A stretch of 64,000 nucleotides of DNA from Desulfobacterales bacterium (GCA_963678885.2 CAXXFG010000006.1:6344-70343); one strand, 5' to 3'. Positions 44,232 to 54,737 are shown, counted from the stretch's first letter. A program made the numbers and translations. Notes: generated by a model from the sequence alone, not told the origin.

Positions 44232-47200
44232 ATGACCGATTGGAAAGACCCTTTCAACCCCGGCCTTCGGGTCGGCGACGTGCATTCGGGATTCGAGGTG
44301 CTGCAAACGGCGCCATTGCAGGAAATTGCGGCGACTTACTATGCGCTCCGGCATCTTCGTACCGGAGCGCGGTATGCGCACATCAGTCGAGACGACGCGG
44401 AAAACGCTTTTTCCGTGGCGTTGAAAACGGTGCCCCGGGATTCCACGGGTGTGGCCCACATCCTGGAGCACACCGTTCTTTGCGGTTCCCGGAAATACCC
44501 GGTGCGCGATCCGTTTTTCTCCATGCTCAAGCGCAGCCTCAATTCCTTCATGAACGCCTTCACCGCCTCGGACTGGACCATGTACCCCTTTGCCACGCCG
44601 AACCGGAAGGATTTTTACAACCTGATGTCGGTTTACCTGGATGCGGTTTTTTTTCCCCGTCTCGACCTGCTGTCCTTCCGACAGGAGGGGCATCGGCTGG
44701 AGGTCGTGCCGTCCGGGCCGGATGGCGGAGACTGGACCCTGGCTTACAAGGGGGTGGTGTACAACGAGATGAAGGGCGCCATGAGTTCGCCGGACCAGGT
44801 CTGCCAGCGCTCCCTGCTCAACGCCATGTACCCCGATACCACCTATCGCCACAATTCGGGTGGGGATCCGGCGGTGATTCCCACATTGACCCACGCGGAT
44901 CTCGTGGCCTTTCACCGGCGGCATTATCACCCCAGCAACGCCTTTTTCTACACGTACGGGAACCTGCCCCTGGCCGCGCATTTGGAGGTGATGGACGGCA
45001 GCGTTTTGGCGCAATTCGACTGCATTGATCCGGATACCGACGTGCCATGCCAGCCGCGCTGGGACCGGCCCCGCGTTGCGGAATATTTCTATCCCCTGGA
45101 CAAGGATGCGGCGCCCGGAAACAAGAGCCAGGCCTGCGTGGCATGGTTGACGGCGGATATTCGCAGTGCCGATGACGTGCTGGTGCTTACCTTGCTCGAA
45201 GAGATCCTGCTGGGAAACGCGGCTTCGCCTTTGCGCAAGGCGCTGATGGAATCCGGGCTGGGTACGGCCCTTTGCGACGCCACCGGGTTTGATGCCGATA
45301 ACCGGGATACCCTGTTCGCCTGCGGACTCAAGGATGTCGCCCGGGATGCGGCGCCCCGGGTGGAGGCGATTGTCTTGTCGGTACTCGATGGATTGGCCGG
45401 TGACGGCATTGATCCGGAACTGGTGGCCGCGGCCGTCCACCAGATCGAGTTCCACCGCAAGGAGGTGACCAACAGCCCGTATCCATATTGTCTCAAATTG
45501 CTGTTGGCCTTTTCCGGTGCATGGTTCCACGGGGGAGATCCCGTGCGCGTGCTGGATTTCGACCAGAGCATGCGCCGCATCCGGGAGCGGATCGCTGCCG
45601 GTCCGTTTCTGGAAGAGAAAATCCGGTCCCTCTTCCTGGACAATCCCCACCGGATGCTGTTTTCCCTGCATCCGGATCAGGCCATGGCGGAACAGGAGAC
45701 CGAGCGGGTGCGGGCCGCCCTGGAAGCCGTAAAGGCCGGTTTGACAAAGCAGGAGGTGGACGCCATTCGCGAAGAGTCCGCAGCCCTGGCCGCGCTGCAG
45801 GACGCCGGGGAAAACCTTTCCGTGCTGCCCACCCTGGTGCGTGCCGATATCCCACCATCGGTCCGGAAGGTGCCAGAAGCCGCCGATCGGAGAACGGAAA
45901 ATAGCCGCTGCTATCCCGCCGCCACGGCCGGTATTGTTTATGCGTCCACCGTGTTCGGCCTGGGCGGACTTCCCGAACACCTGGTGCCGCTGGTGCCGTT
46001 CTTTTGTTACGCCGCCACCCGGGTGGGGACGGCCCGGCACAGCTACGAGGAGATGGCCCGCCGGATCGACACCCATACCGGGGGCGTGGGGTTCGCCGCC
46101 CGGGTGCGCACCCATGCGGACGCCGCAGGGCGTTGCAGCGCCTATCTACAGATGGACGCCAAATGTTTGGTGCGCAAGCAGGTCCAGATGATGGGCATTC
46201 TTGCGGAGCTGGTCGGGTGTTTTGATTTTTCCAACCGGGAACGGTTGCGGCAATTGTTGCTGGAATACCGCGCGGGGCTCGACGCCATGGTGGTGCATAA
46301 CGGCCACCGGCTTGCCATGAGCCTGGCGTCCCGGCGGTTTCTGCCCCAGGGGGCCCTCAGCGAGGCGTGGTACGGCGTCCTTCAGCTGCGATATGTGAAA
46401 GACAATACCGAAGATTTGTCTCCGGAGGTCCTGTCCGCCATCGGTGACGCGTTGACGGACATCGCCCGCTTTATTTTCGTGCAGGGGAACATCCGTTCGG
46501 CGTATGTGGGGGAGGCCCAAGCGTTGGACCAGGCGGCTTCGGCCGACGCCGCCTTGCGCGAAGCTTTGCTCCCGAATGCGGCACCCACTGCCGGTGATGC
46601 ACGGTTTGAAGCCCCCGCCTTTTCCACACCCGCCGATGCCCAAACGCCTGTTCGTGAAGGGTGGCACACCGGCACCGCGGTGTCTTTCGTGGCACAATGC
46701 CTTCCCACCGTTCGCATGGATCATCCCGATGCACCGGTGTTGGCCGTGATGTCCAAGATGCTTCGCTCCCTGTACCTGCACCGGGAGATTCGGGAAAAGG
46801 GCGGCGCCTACGGCGGTTTCAGCCTCTACTCTCCGGAAACCGGCATCTTTTCCTTTGCCTCTTACCGCGACCCCCGTATCCTGGGGACCCTGGGTGCTTT
46901 TGAAAAGGCGCCGTCCTTATTGATGGCCGGCGATTTTTCCGACCGGGACATCAACGAGGCCCTGCTCCAGGTATGCGCCGAGATCGACAAGCCGGACCCA
47001 CCGGGCACGGCGGCCCGCAAGGCTTTTTCACGGGCGCTGGTGGGGCTGACCGATGATGTGCGCCAGCGCTACAAGGCGGCTCTGCTGGCAACGACCAGGG
47101 AACAGGTGGTTGCGGTAACCGAGCGGTATTTTGCGCCGGGACGGATGCAGCCGGCCGTGGCCGTGATTTCCGGAAGGGAGCGGCTCGAGGCGGTCAATCA

Positions 47201-47240
47201 ACGGTTAAAGGACGCGCCGCTGACCCTCAAGGCCATCTGA
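44232..47240 (+). CDS. M16C-family (PreP-like) insulinase-type zinc metallopeptidase
   Basis: 1,002 aa with the inverted zinc motif HILEH (HxxEH) near the N-terminus. Its size and four-domain length are typical of the presequence-protease-like M16C group. Confidence 0.8.
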   Translation: MTDWKDPFNPGLRVGDVHSGFEVLQTAPLQEIAATYYALRHLRTGARYAHISRDDAENAFSVALKTVPRDSTGVAHILEHTVLCGSRKYPVRDPFFSMLKRSLNSFMNAFTASDWTMYPFATPNRKDFYNLMSVYLDAVFFPRLDLLSFRQEGHRLEVVPSGPDGGDWTLAYKGVVYNEMKGAMSSPDQVCQRSLLNAMYPDTTYRHNSGGDPAVIPTLTHADLVAFHRRHYHPSNAFFYTYGNLPLAAHLEVMDGSVLAQFDCIDPDTDVPCQPRWDRPRVAEYFYPLDKDAAPGNKSQACVAWLTADIRSADDVLVLTLLEEILLGNAASPLRKALMESGLGTALCDATGFDADNRDTLFACGLKDVARDAAPRVEAIVLSVLDGLAGDGIDPELVAAAVHQIEFHRKEVTNSPYPYCLKLLLAFSGAWFHGGDPVRVLDFDQSMRRIRERIAAGPFLEEKIRSLFLDNPHRMLFSLHPDQAMAEQETERVRAALEAVKAGLTKQEVDAIREESAALAALQDAGENLSVLPTLVRADIPPSVRKVPEAADRRTENSRCYPAATAGIVYASTVFGLGGLPEHLVPLVPFFCYAATRVGTARHSYEEMARRIDTHTGGVGFAARVRTHADAAGRCSAYLQMDAKCLVRKQVQMMGILAELVGCFDFSNRERLRQLLLEYRAGLDAMVVHNGHRLAMSLASRRFLPQGALSEAWYGVLQLRYVKDNTEDLSPEVLSAIGDALTDIARFIFVQGNIRSAYVGEAQALDQAASADAALREALLPNAAPTAGDARFEAPAFSTPADAQTPVREGWHTGTAVSFVAQCLPTVRMDHPDAPVLAVMSKMLRSLYLHREIREKGGAYGGFSLYSPETGIFSFASYRDPRILGTLGAFEKAPSLLMAGDFSDRDINEALLQVCAEIDKPDPPGTAARKAFSRALVGLTDDVRQRYKAALLATTREQVVAVTERYFAPGRMQPAVAVISGRERLEAVNQRLKDAPLTLKAI

Positions 47241-47242
47241 TT

Positions 47243-47281
47243 CCGGGGCCGCGGAAATATTGTCTCCGCGGCCCCGGGTTT
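47243..47281. terminator. Bidirectional stem-loop between convergent genes
   Basis: A 13-bp perfect stem CCGGGGCCGCGGA-n9-TCCGCGGCCCCGG followed by GTTTG. It lies between the M16 stop (47240) and the DUF2520 stop (47305). Confidence 0.65.
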
Positions 47282-47304
47282 GCAAACGGTCGGATTCTTC
47301 GCGC

Positions 47305-48177
47305 TTATTCTTTCAGAAGGGTTTCCAGGGCGTGCAGTTTTTCTTCCGGCACGCGTCCCCTGGCCCGGGCAAGACCCACGGCGTGGCGGCCCAGGGTTTT
47401 GTAAGGCGCTGTCAGTGCCGGCAGTTTTTCCGCCATGGCGCTGAGATGATCCTTTACCGTGGCCGCATCCCCCCTGGAAATGGGGCCGGTGAGGGCGGCC
47501 GGGGGGGCGGACTTCTCCAGATTGCTGAGGGTGCCGTGGATGAGGGGGTAGAGAATTTGGACGGCGGCGTCCTTTTCGATCCCGGCGGATGCCATGAGCT
47601 GCAGCGCGATGTCCAGGAGCACCACAAGGTAGTTGGATGAAACCACGGCCGCGGCGTGGTAGAGGGACTTCGCCTCGGTCCTGATGGCGATGACATGCGC
47701 CCCCAGGTCCGTTGCGATGCGCCGGGCGGAGGTCACCGCCTCCGCGTCCCCCTCGACGGCGGCGATGATGCCCCGGAAGGGGCTTTCCCCTGTCGGGTCA
47801 CCTGCGAAACTTTGGAGCGGGTGCAGGGAGCCGATGAAGCACCCCGCCGTCCCGGCGGACGCAAGCAGGGTCGAGGGAAGCGATCCGCTGCAATGAAGCA
47901 CCACGGCACCTGATTTGAATCCGCCATGCGCTGCGATTTTCCGGCAGGCATCTTCTATGGCGCTGTCCGGCGTGGTGATGAAGACCACGTCTGCGGAAAC
48001 GGTCATCTCCCATGGGCGGGCACTAAAGGTTTCAACGCCGATCAACTCCGCCGCACGCCGGATCGATTCCAAGCGCTTGCCGGCCACGCCTGACAGGGGA
48101 TAGCCCGCTTGTTTCAGAAACCGGCCGAGGCTGGTTCCCACCTTTCCGCAGCCCACGATGGCGATGGATGGTTTCAT
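47305..48177 (-). CDS. Rossmann-like plus DUF2520 domain protein (ProC/F420-oxidoreductase-like)
   Basis: 290 aa with IAIVGCGKVGTSLG (dinucleotide fold), LHPLQSF, YHAAAVVSSNY and LTGPISRGD. Confidence 0.7.
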   Translation of the reverse strand: MKPSIAIVGCGKVGTSLGRFLKQAGYPLSGVAGKRLESIRRAAELIGVETFSARPWEMTVSADVVFITTPDSAIEDACRKIAAHGGFKSGAVVLHCSGSLPSTLLASAGTAGCFIGSLHPLQSFAGDPTGESPFRGIIAAVEGDAEAVTSARRIATDLGAHVIAIRTEAKSLYHAAAVVSSNYLVVLLDIALQLMASAGIEKDAAVQILYPLIHGTLSNLEKSAPPAALTGPISRGDAATVKDHLSAMAEKLPALTAPYKTLGRHAVGLARARGRVPEEKLHALETLLKE

Positions 48178-48691
48178 GGGAAAGACTTTCGAGGTTTAAG
48201 GGTTCGTGATTGGCCGACAACGCGAAACCTTTGGCCGGTTCGCTTCCGGGAAAGCAGCTTCGAGAATCTTTCGGATTCTTTCCCTTACGGTATCCAAAGT
48301 CTGCAATCAGGTCAACTGGTTCAGGGCGGATGCTCCTCCGGGAGGCTTCCGTAAGTTACTATTTGCTTATCAAAACAAGAGGTTCTCTCTATTTCGCTTG
48401 ACGAAAAGCATGGCAGGCTATAAGTGGTTTAAAGACCTCAGAGAGGGAAGGACCCATTATGGGCGCCGACGATCCCGTTTACATCAATGCCGACGGACCG
48501 TGCCTTCATCGCGTCTGTTCAGAGTGCGGTGGACTTCAAGGGGCCGGCGACCGCAGCTGTTTGAAAAATGAATTTCCCTCTATGGCCAAAATCTTCGGAA
48601 CTTCAGTTTTACCTTGCCCGCATCATAATGCAGCGTTTGTTTCCAGGATGAATCGCCTTTGTGCAATGGAATAAGAGACGGAGGATCGCTA

Positions 48692-49132
48692 ATGGATTGG
48701 TTGCAGATGACGGCACCCTGTGGCTTGGACTGCTTCAATTGTGTTTTTTATTTGGCCCATGAAAACCAAGAAGCAATGAACAGCGTTAAGATAATGTCAG
48801 CAGAATATAACGTCCCGGTTGAAACGATGCTCTGCAATGGCTGCCGCAACCACAATGGGCTGATACCGCTACAGATGCATCTCTTTGGTGAAGCGCATCG
48901 ATGTTCAGCCTATGAATGTGCTAAAAGCAAGGGATTGAAATTTTGTGGAAAATGTGACGCGTTTCCCTGTGATAACCTTCACCCTTATGCTGACAAGGCC
49001 GATATCCTGCCACATAATATCAAGGTGTTCAATCTGTGCCTGATTAACAAATTGGGATTGAAAAAATGGGCGGAATCCAAAGCCACGGAAGTGCGAAAAA
49101 CCTATTTCAACAAGCCATGGACTTTATCATAG
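48692..49132 (+). CDS. DUF3795-family Cys-rich protein
   Basis: GGAGG lies 8 nt before ATG 48692. The CGLDCFNC...CNGCR...C..C...CGKCDAFPC pattern fits DUF3795. The region is AT-richer than its surroundings. Confidence 0.65.
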   Translation: MDWLQMTAPCGLDCFNCVFYLAHENQEAMNSVKIMSAEYNVPVETMLCNGCRNHNGLIPLQMHLFGEAHRCSAYECAKSKGLKFCGKCDAFPCDNLHPYADKADILPHNIKVFNLCLINKLGLKKWAESKATEVRKTYFNKPWTLS

Positions 49133-49394
49133 GTAGCCAGGTGAATATACAAACACCGATTGCTGTGATGCCATCTCTGAAGAAAACAAACGAACGGCAC
49201 TGCTTGCCCTGATTGCGGTGGGCAGTTTGAGGATATGCATATTTTTGAACGCCACCCTTCAAGATCACGAGAACAAAGGATCATGATTTTTAAAAGAAGG
49301 AGATGAAATATCAGTCACCTCAACTGCGGGCCGGCAAAAGCCGCGCTGCGTCTTTTGCCAGCCGGATATGGACGTTTGGCAAAGGAGGGGTAAA

Positions 49395-50156
49395 ATGACA
49401 GCACCTTGGTATAAAAACACAGCCATATGGAGTACGGTCATTGCTTTATGCGCCTTAATCCTTTCACAATTGCCCCCGATTAATAAATGGTTACCAAAAC
49501 CGCACCTTACGATTTTGCACAGTGACCGCATCGGGATCAACAATGCGATAGGCTATATCGGCTTTAATCTGGTTGTTACACTTGAAAACCAAGGTAATAC
49601 CGCCGTAAATATAAATCGGATAGAATTAAGATTAAAGACGCCTGGCGGGGTGTTCAAGACATTGCCCGCTGAAACATACACCCGATCACGTGACGGCGTC
49701 TCGTTGCCCATCACCGCAATTAAGCTGTCACCCGGTGCCATATGGAGCGAGTTTGTTTTCTTCAACAAAACGCCAAGTCCAAAAATCGATGAAATGTATA
49801 ATCAAATCAAATTAGAAATCTCTCAAAGCATATTCGATGTAAAACAAAAAACACCGCGGGAACAATTTCAGTCCCATCAAGCCCTGGAGGCGGATGGCGC
49901 TCTTGTTGAAAAAGCCCTCGACTTCTTCGAAGAAAATTTCGACCTGGAAAAAGGGAAATATTTTGTAGAAATTGCAGCTTTTATTGAAAACAGGGAAAAA
50001 CCGTTCATACAAAACTCCGAATTTACAATTTACGAATATCATGTTCAAACAATTCGAGCGCAGACCAAGGATTACAAATATGGAGCTGGTATTTATTTCC
50101 CGAGCAGCGAAACAAAACAAGCTTGGGTAAAAATAGAGCCCAAGAATGCAAATTGA
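49395..50156 (+). CDS. Hypothetical membrane-anchored protein
   Basis: AAGGAGG precedes ATG 49395 (MTAPWYKN). One N-terminal helix (AIWSTVIALCALILSQL), then a beta-rich region. No motif recognised. Confidence 0.6.
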   Translation: MTAPWYKNTAIWSTVIALCALILSQLPPINKWLPKPHLTILHSDRIGINNAIGYIGFNLVVTLENQGNTAVNINRIELRLKTPGGVFKTLPAETYTRSRDGVSLPITAIKLSPGAIWSEFVFFNKTPSPKIDEMYNQIKLEISQSIFDVKQKTPREQFQSHQALEADGALVEKALDFFEENFDLEKGKYFVEIAAFIENREKPFIQNSEFTIYEYHVQTIRAQTKDYKYGAGIYFPSSETKQAWVKIEPKNAN

Positions 50157-50229
50157 CCCGGTCAGCCAAAAACACCCCACCGTTTCGTTCTAAGGAGCGC
50201 GACATTGCCGATGGCTTGTAACGCCACAT

Positions 50230-51369
50230 TCAGTGGGGGGCAAGGCCCACGATGTCGCCATCCTTCGGCAACCATGTTTTCCGGTAAACCGCCGGGGTGC
50301 ATCCGAACTGTTTGTTGAAAATGCGATAGAAAAATCCGATGTTCTCGTAGCCCACATCGTTGGCAACCATGGTGACAGGGAGGTTTGTGGTTTTCAGCAG
50401 GACACACGCCTGGTTGATTTTCACCTGATGGACGATGTCGATGAAGCCCATGCCGGTCAGTTTTTTAAGTATCTTGCTCAGGTACGTGGGGTGGAATCGG
50501 AACTGATGCGCCACGGATTCAAGGGTCACTTCTTTAAAATTTTGTTGGATGTACAGCACGATATCGGACACCTTCATGTTTTTGAGAACCGGCAGATTCT
50601 TTCTGTTGATATCCTTTTCGAAAACCTTCAGCATTTCGGCGAACAGGATGACCATATAAGATTTGATCACTTCATGGAAACACCTTCCCTGGTCGAAGTA
50701 TTCGCACAGGACCATCTTCATGAGTTGCTGGATTTTCGGGTTGTCGCCGGTGTGCAGAACGATGTGGTCATAATAGTTCTTGCTGTGGCAGACCGACTTT
50801 ATGAAGAACCGTGAAAATACGTCGTTGTTGATGAGCCTGCCAAAAAGCGACGCATCGAAAAAACTGTTTCGGATAAGGCAGTTGATAATGATGTCGTTTC
50901 TGCCGCACAAGCCGCTGCGGTGATAAGTGTGGGGGTCCAGGATGCAGAGTTCCCCCTTCTGAAGGTATGTGGGTCTGCCGTCAATGTCATTCCGGAATTT
51001 TCCATCGTAGACATAGATCATTTCTATGAACGTGTGGCGGTGGCAGGGCAGCTCCGCGTATCGCGGTTGGACCGAAAAGGCGATATCCCGGCCGTGGGGC
51101 ACAAACAAATCCTCACGCAGCGTCACGTTGTCGGCCTGGGTGAGGGCGTCGATAAGGTGGCCCTTGGTCAGGGGAGGGGCCTTGGGATTATTTTTGTCGA
51201 CGATTTCCGCCAGCTCGCTTTCGGGTAGATTCCGTTGCAGCGCGCCGGGCGTCAGCAGGAGCCTTTCGAGCTCGCTGTGATTCCTTAGAAACCTGTCAAG
51301 TTCTGCCTCTTGCATGCCCCTCCCCCCGTTTTGCAGGTAAACATCAGCGGAAAGACAATTAACCACCAT
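50230..51369 (-). CDS. AraC-family transcriptional regulator (cupin sensor plus HTH_18)
   Basis: The C-terminal double HTH reads TLESVAHQFRFHPTYLSKILKK ... VANDVGYENIGFFYRIFNKQFGCTPAVYRK. The start is uncertain (51369 or 51315). Confidence 0.8.
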   Translation of the reverse strand: MVVNCLSADVYLQNGGRGMQEAELDRFLRNHSELERLLLTPGALQRNLPESELAEIVDKNNPKAPPLTKGHLIDALTQADNVTLREDLFVPHGRDIAFSVQPRYAELPCHRHTFIEMIYVYDGKFRNDIDGRPTYLQKGELCILDPHTYHRSGLCGRNDIIINCLIRNSFFDASLFGRLINNDVFSRFFIKSVCHSKNYYDHIVLHTGDNPKIQQLMKMVLCEYFDQGRCFHEVIKSYMVILFAEMLKVFEKDINRKNLPVLKNMKVSDIVLYIQQNFKEVTLESVAHQFRFHPTYLSKILKKLTGMGFIDIVHQVKINQACVLLKTTNLPVTMVANDVGYENIGFFYRIFNKQFGCTPAVYRKTWLPKDGDIVGLAPH

Positions 51370-51744
51370 ATCCGCATTTCATCATATGACTGTTTCTGTC
51401 TTTTTCCTATCCGATATTGTCACACCCGTTGGTTTTTCCGCCTCCTTGTCGGCCCATTGAAAGGTTTTGGGCTTCGATGTCAATAGTCTGATACGTGGGG
51501 TTTCCTGCCTGGACACAACCCATAGAGGGGAACGCCTCTATGCCCTTTTATATTTGGCTCCCCGTGTGCAACCCTCTTCATAACCCTTCTCTTTCTCCCG
51601 CAGTTAACTGAAAACCTTCAATATCAATGGGTTATCAAATATCAGGCCGCTCCTGGTGAAGCGGAAGCGGCGTTGAGTCACATTTCCGGTTTGCTGTGGC
51701 TTCACAGTTCATGTCACAGCTCGACATTATTCCACGCCAATGGT

Positions 51745-52761
51745 TTAATTCCGGTTGTTTATCAAGTTGACGATCAGCTTGACCATGGTCTCTTTATCCA
51801 CAGGATTGCTTTCTGCGATCATCAGCGTGATGGCCACCAATGCGTTGTCGGCAATCCGCTTGAAGCCATCTTTGCGGTAAAGCGATTTGTTGCCGGCCAG
51901 AAAAGCGATGAACAGGGCTGCGGCGATACGTTTGTTACCGTCGCTGAAAGCGTGATTTTTGACCACAAAGTAAAGCAGGTTGGCGGCCTTCTCCTCAATG
52001 CTGGGATAGAGATCCTCACCGCCAAAAGTCTGATAGACCGCACCCAGCGCGCTTTTAAAGCCCTGATCCTTTTCCAGACCGAATAAGCCACCGAACTCCG
52101 TTCCCATGGCCTTGACGATTTCCATGGCCGCCTCATATGTCATTATAAATGGTGCCGGGCGCGATACCTCCTCGATGGTCAGCGTGCCGTGGTCAAATCG
52201 GTCTAGGGTCGTCAACGCATAGGCATAATCGGTGATGACTTGCAAAAGTCCTTTGGCTTCATCCAGACCGATGGCTTGGTGAGCCAACGTTTGTTCTAGA
52301 AGGTCAACAGTGCGCCGTAAATCAACCAGTTTTTGTTCCTGTTCCCGCAGCCGCTTTTCATTGAAGGTGAATCCCCTGATCAGGTGCTCCCGCAGCACAT
52401 TGGTGGCCCAGATTCGAAATTGGGTGCCGCGCCTGGACTTGACCCGGTATCCAACCGATATGATAACATCAAGATTGTAAAAATTGACCTTACGGCGAAC
52501 CCGCCGGCCACCTTCATTTTGAACTACCGAGGATTGCTCGGTGGTTCCCTTTCGGGGCAACTCGCCTTCTTTGTATATGTTACGGACGTGCAGGCCGATG
52601 GTGTCCGTATCCTTATCAAAGAGTTCGGCCATCTGACGTTGATTGAGCCAGACCGTTTCCTGTTCCAGGCGCACATCCAGCGCAGCCTTGCCGTCCGGCG
52701 ACCGATATAGAATGATCTCGCCTTTATCGGAACTTGCTGTTTTATAGGTTTTTTTTGCCAT
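51745..52761 (-). CDS. RhuM-family protein fused to a Fic/Doc domain
   Basis: 338 aa. The N-terminus LYRSPDGKAALDVRLEQETVWLNQRQMAELF is typical of RhuM. The C-terminal Fic motif HAFSDGNKR matches HxFx(D/E)GN(G/K)R. Confidence 0.8.
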   Translation of the reverse strand: MAKKTYKTASSDKGEIILYRSPDGKAALDVRLEQETVWLNQRQMAELFDKDTDTIGLHVRNIYKEGELPRKGTTEQSSVVQNEGGRRVRRKVNFYNLDVIISVGYRVKSRRGTQFRIWATNVLREHLIRGFTFNEKRLREQEQKLVDLRRTVDLLEQTLAHQAIGLDEAKGLLQVITDYAYALTTLDRFDHGTLTIEEVSRPAPFIMTYEAAMEIVKAMGTEFGGLFGLEKDQGFKSALGAVYQTFGGEDLYPSIEEKAANLLYFVVKNHAFSDGNKRIAAALFIAFLAGNKSLYRKDGFKRIADNALVAITLMIAESNPVDKETMVKLIVNLINNRN

Positions 52762-52882
52762 TAATCCGTTCTCGGAATATAATTTTCTTAGACAACATTT
52801 ACGCTGACCGATTCGCGACCCAATTCATTGGACATTATCCAATTGCCATACAGCGGATTTTTGCCATCGGGAGCATGAACCC

Positions 52883-53515
52883 TCAATCATCCGGTCCCCG
52901 GTGGGCGGTGGCGTCTTCGTCGATCCAGTCCTCTTCGGTGTAGGACATGCCTTTGCGCCCCGGCACCTTGCGTGTCGGTCCGGGCTTGTAAAGAGCACAG
53001 CTTTTCGGACCGTAACAGAAGGTTTCGAAACGGTACCGTTTCTTGGACGGATTCCAGTGGTCGATGATCATCTCCGCCGGCATTCGACAGCCCCAGATAC
53101 AGGTCGTGCACTTGGTGTCATGAGTCCGGATGTCCAGACGCCGATGTCCACGGCTGCGATAGGTTTCCAGATCAGGTGGCACGCCATGGAACGGTGGGCC
53201 AGCCAGGAAATCACCTTCAGCATCATTTATTATTTTCAGACCGCTTGTCTTGTAGAATCCGGCCGTCTCAAGCTGCGGGTCAGGAACGGGAACCGCCTGA
53301 CCACTTGCCTCCATACCTGCACGGAAACGGTGCTTCGCTTGTGCGGCCTTTCCAATGGCGATTATGAATTCGCCGGGTTCATCCGCGATTGTTCCGTCAA
53401 CCCAAAGCACATATCCCAGGTAGCTGTGGCTCCGCTCGTCGAAAGACCGCATCAGCCGGATGCGGGGCTGAACGGACAGGATTTTTCCGAGCCATCCAAT
53501 TTTATTCGTTCTCAC
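52883..53515 (-). CDS. Hypothetical protein X3 (possible OB-like N-terminus, Cys-rich C-terminus)
   Basis: 210 aa. The GTG start at 53515 follows GGGAGG and overlaps the upstream gene by 14 nt. Five Cys lie in CTTCIWGC...(24 aa)...CYGPKSC. No family recognised. Confidence 0.6.
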   Translation of the reverse strand: MRTNKIGWLGKILSVQPRIRLMRSFDERSHSYLGYVLWVDGTIADEPGEFIIAIGKAAQAKHRFRAGMEASGQAVPVPDPQLETAGFYKTSGLKIINDAEGDFLAGPPFHGVPPDLETYRSRGHRRLDIRTHDTKCTTCIWGCRMPAEMIIDHWNPSKKRYRFETFCYGPKSCALYKPGPTRKVPGRKGMSYTEEDWIDEDATAHRGPDD

Positions 53516-54737
53516 GATCCTCCCAAGTTGTTTTTGCCTTCACCTCATCAATAAAAAACCGCACCCCCTGGTTGTCCGACGGGTTCAGCCAGAGCATCTT
53601 CTCAAATATGTGCTCCGCCTCGACAAAGCGTCCAAGCCGCCAGAGACACAATCCATAACCGTGCATGCAGCGCAGAAACGGACGGTTGTCGATAAGGCCC
53701 CACGCTAGCACGCCAGTAAAGCCATCACCCAAAGACAGCTTGCCGATGCGCAGGCCAACTTCGTAATACCGGATGGCATCCTTGGGATGGTGGTCAAAGA
53801 CGAAATTGCCCAGATGCGAATGGGCATCGAGACAACGCAGGTCCGCCTGGCACAGCTGCATCAAAATCTTTTCCGCCTCTGCCCGCTCGCCGGCATCTTT
53901 GAGATCATTGGACCGGGTGATGGGGTCGTTGAAAGGATCGTCAGGGTCCTCGCCGGGCAGCACCTGCTCCATTTCGAACATGGGGCGGGGGCCGTGAGCC
54001 ATGATCGGCTTGGCCCAATCCTCGATGGGTTCGTCTTCTTCTCCCCAATACTCCTCCTTGGGGTCCCACATGCCCATCTCTGCAAGCCCCAGAGGGACCA
54101 GACCTAAGGCCTGGACGTCGATTTGAGTCGACTGAATTTCGCCGGAAAGATACGGATGACCGCCGTAACGCCACTGCTTTCGGGGCGTCACCGTGACGAT
54201 GGCGCCAGGCACCACCTCCCAAAGACGGCTTGCGCGCAGGGTAATGATCCGGTCGCTTCCCAGCAAACGGCACCGGGCGGCCCGCTCCATGACCGATAGG
54301 GCGACCAATTCAACGGGTTTGCTCAGGTCGATGTCGTCGTCTGTGGCTTTGTGCTGCCTGCGGCGTCTGGAGGTTTTTTGCACCTCGGCAGGGTAAGGAT
54401 CGAGGTTGAGCCACCTGCGGTAAGCGGCGATGTAGCGCGCCCCTGTCGATGCCTGCGGCAACACGACCTCGGAGACCGCAATTACATATTCCGATCCGTC
54501 CTCGCGACGGCACTTTGCCGTCAGACCGCGCCGTTCATTGCCATCGTAGTCCACCGCGATCACCGAAACCGGCTCCCCGATGACGAAACCGTCGGCCGGC
54601 AGGGCAACGTCATCCTCAAAGGCTTGCCGAAAGGCCCATAGCTGTTCATCATCGCCGTATGCGTCGACGGTGATTTCCTCAATAAGCCTGCTCAAGTCTT
54701 CGAGTTCCTTACCCTCTTTGGGGCTTCGCGTGCTCAT
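53502..54737 (-). CDS. Hypothetical protein X2 (small beta domain of the so-called calcium-binding-protein type, plus a helical repeat C-terminus)
   Basis: 411 aa with an ATGA overlap with X1. The N-terminus EEITVDAYGDDEQLWAFRQAFEDDVALPADGFVIGEPVSVIAVDYDG...GLTAKCRREDG resembles a widespread uncharacterised domain. The C-terminus (RCLDAHSHLGN...NRPFLRCMHGYGLCLWRLGRFVEAEHIFEKMLWLNPSDNQG) looks TPR-like. Confidence 0.65.
   Translation of the reverse strand: MSTRSPKEGKELEDLSRLIEEITVDAYGDDEQLWAFRQAFEDDVALPADGFVIGEPVSVIAVDYDGNERRGLTAKCRREDGSEYVIAVSEVVLPQASTGARYIAAYRRWLNLDPYPAEVQKTSRRRRQHKATDDDIDLSKPVELVALSVMERAARCRLLGSDRIITLRASRLWEVVPGAIVTVTPRKQWRYGGHPYLSGEIQSTQIDVQALGLVPLGLAEMGMWDPKEEYWGEEDEPIEDWAKPIMAHGPRPMFEMEQVLPGEDPDDPFNDPITRSNDLKDAGERAEAEKILMQLCQADLRCLDAHSHLGNFVFDHHPKDAIRYYEVGLRIGKLSLGDGFTGVLAWGLIDNRPFLRCMHGYGLCLWRLGRFVEAEHIFEKMLWLNPSDNQGVRFFIDEVKAKTTWEDRENE

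Noticed and set aside
48459-48674. 71-aa Cys-containing ORF (MGADDPVYINADGPCLHRVCSECGG...) upstream of the DUF3795 gene
   Set aside because: The RBS is weak, I recognise no family, and it overlaps the DUF3795 RBS region. The evidence is insufficient to call a gene.
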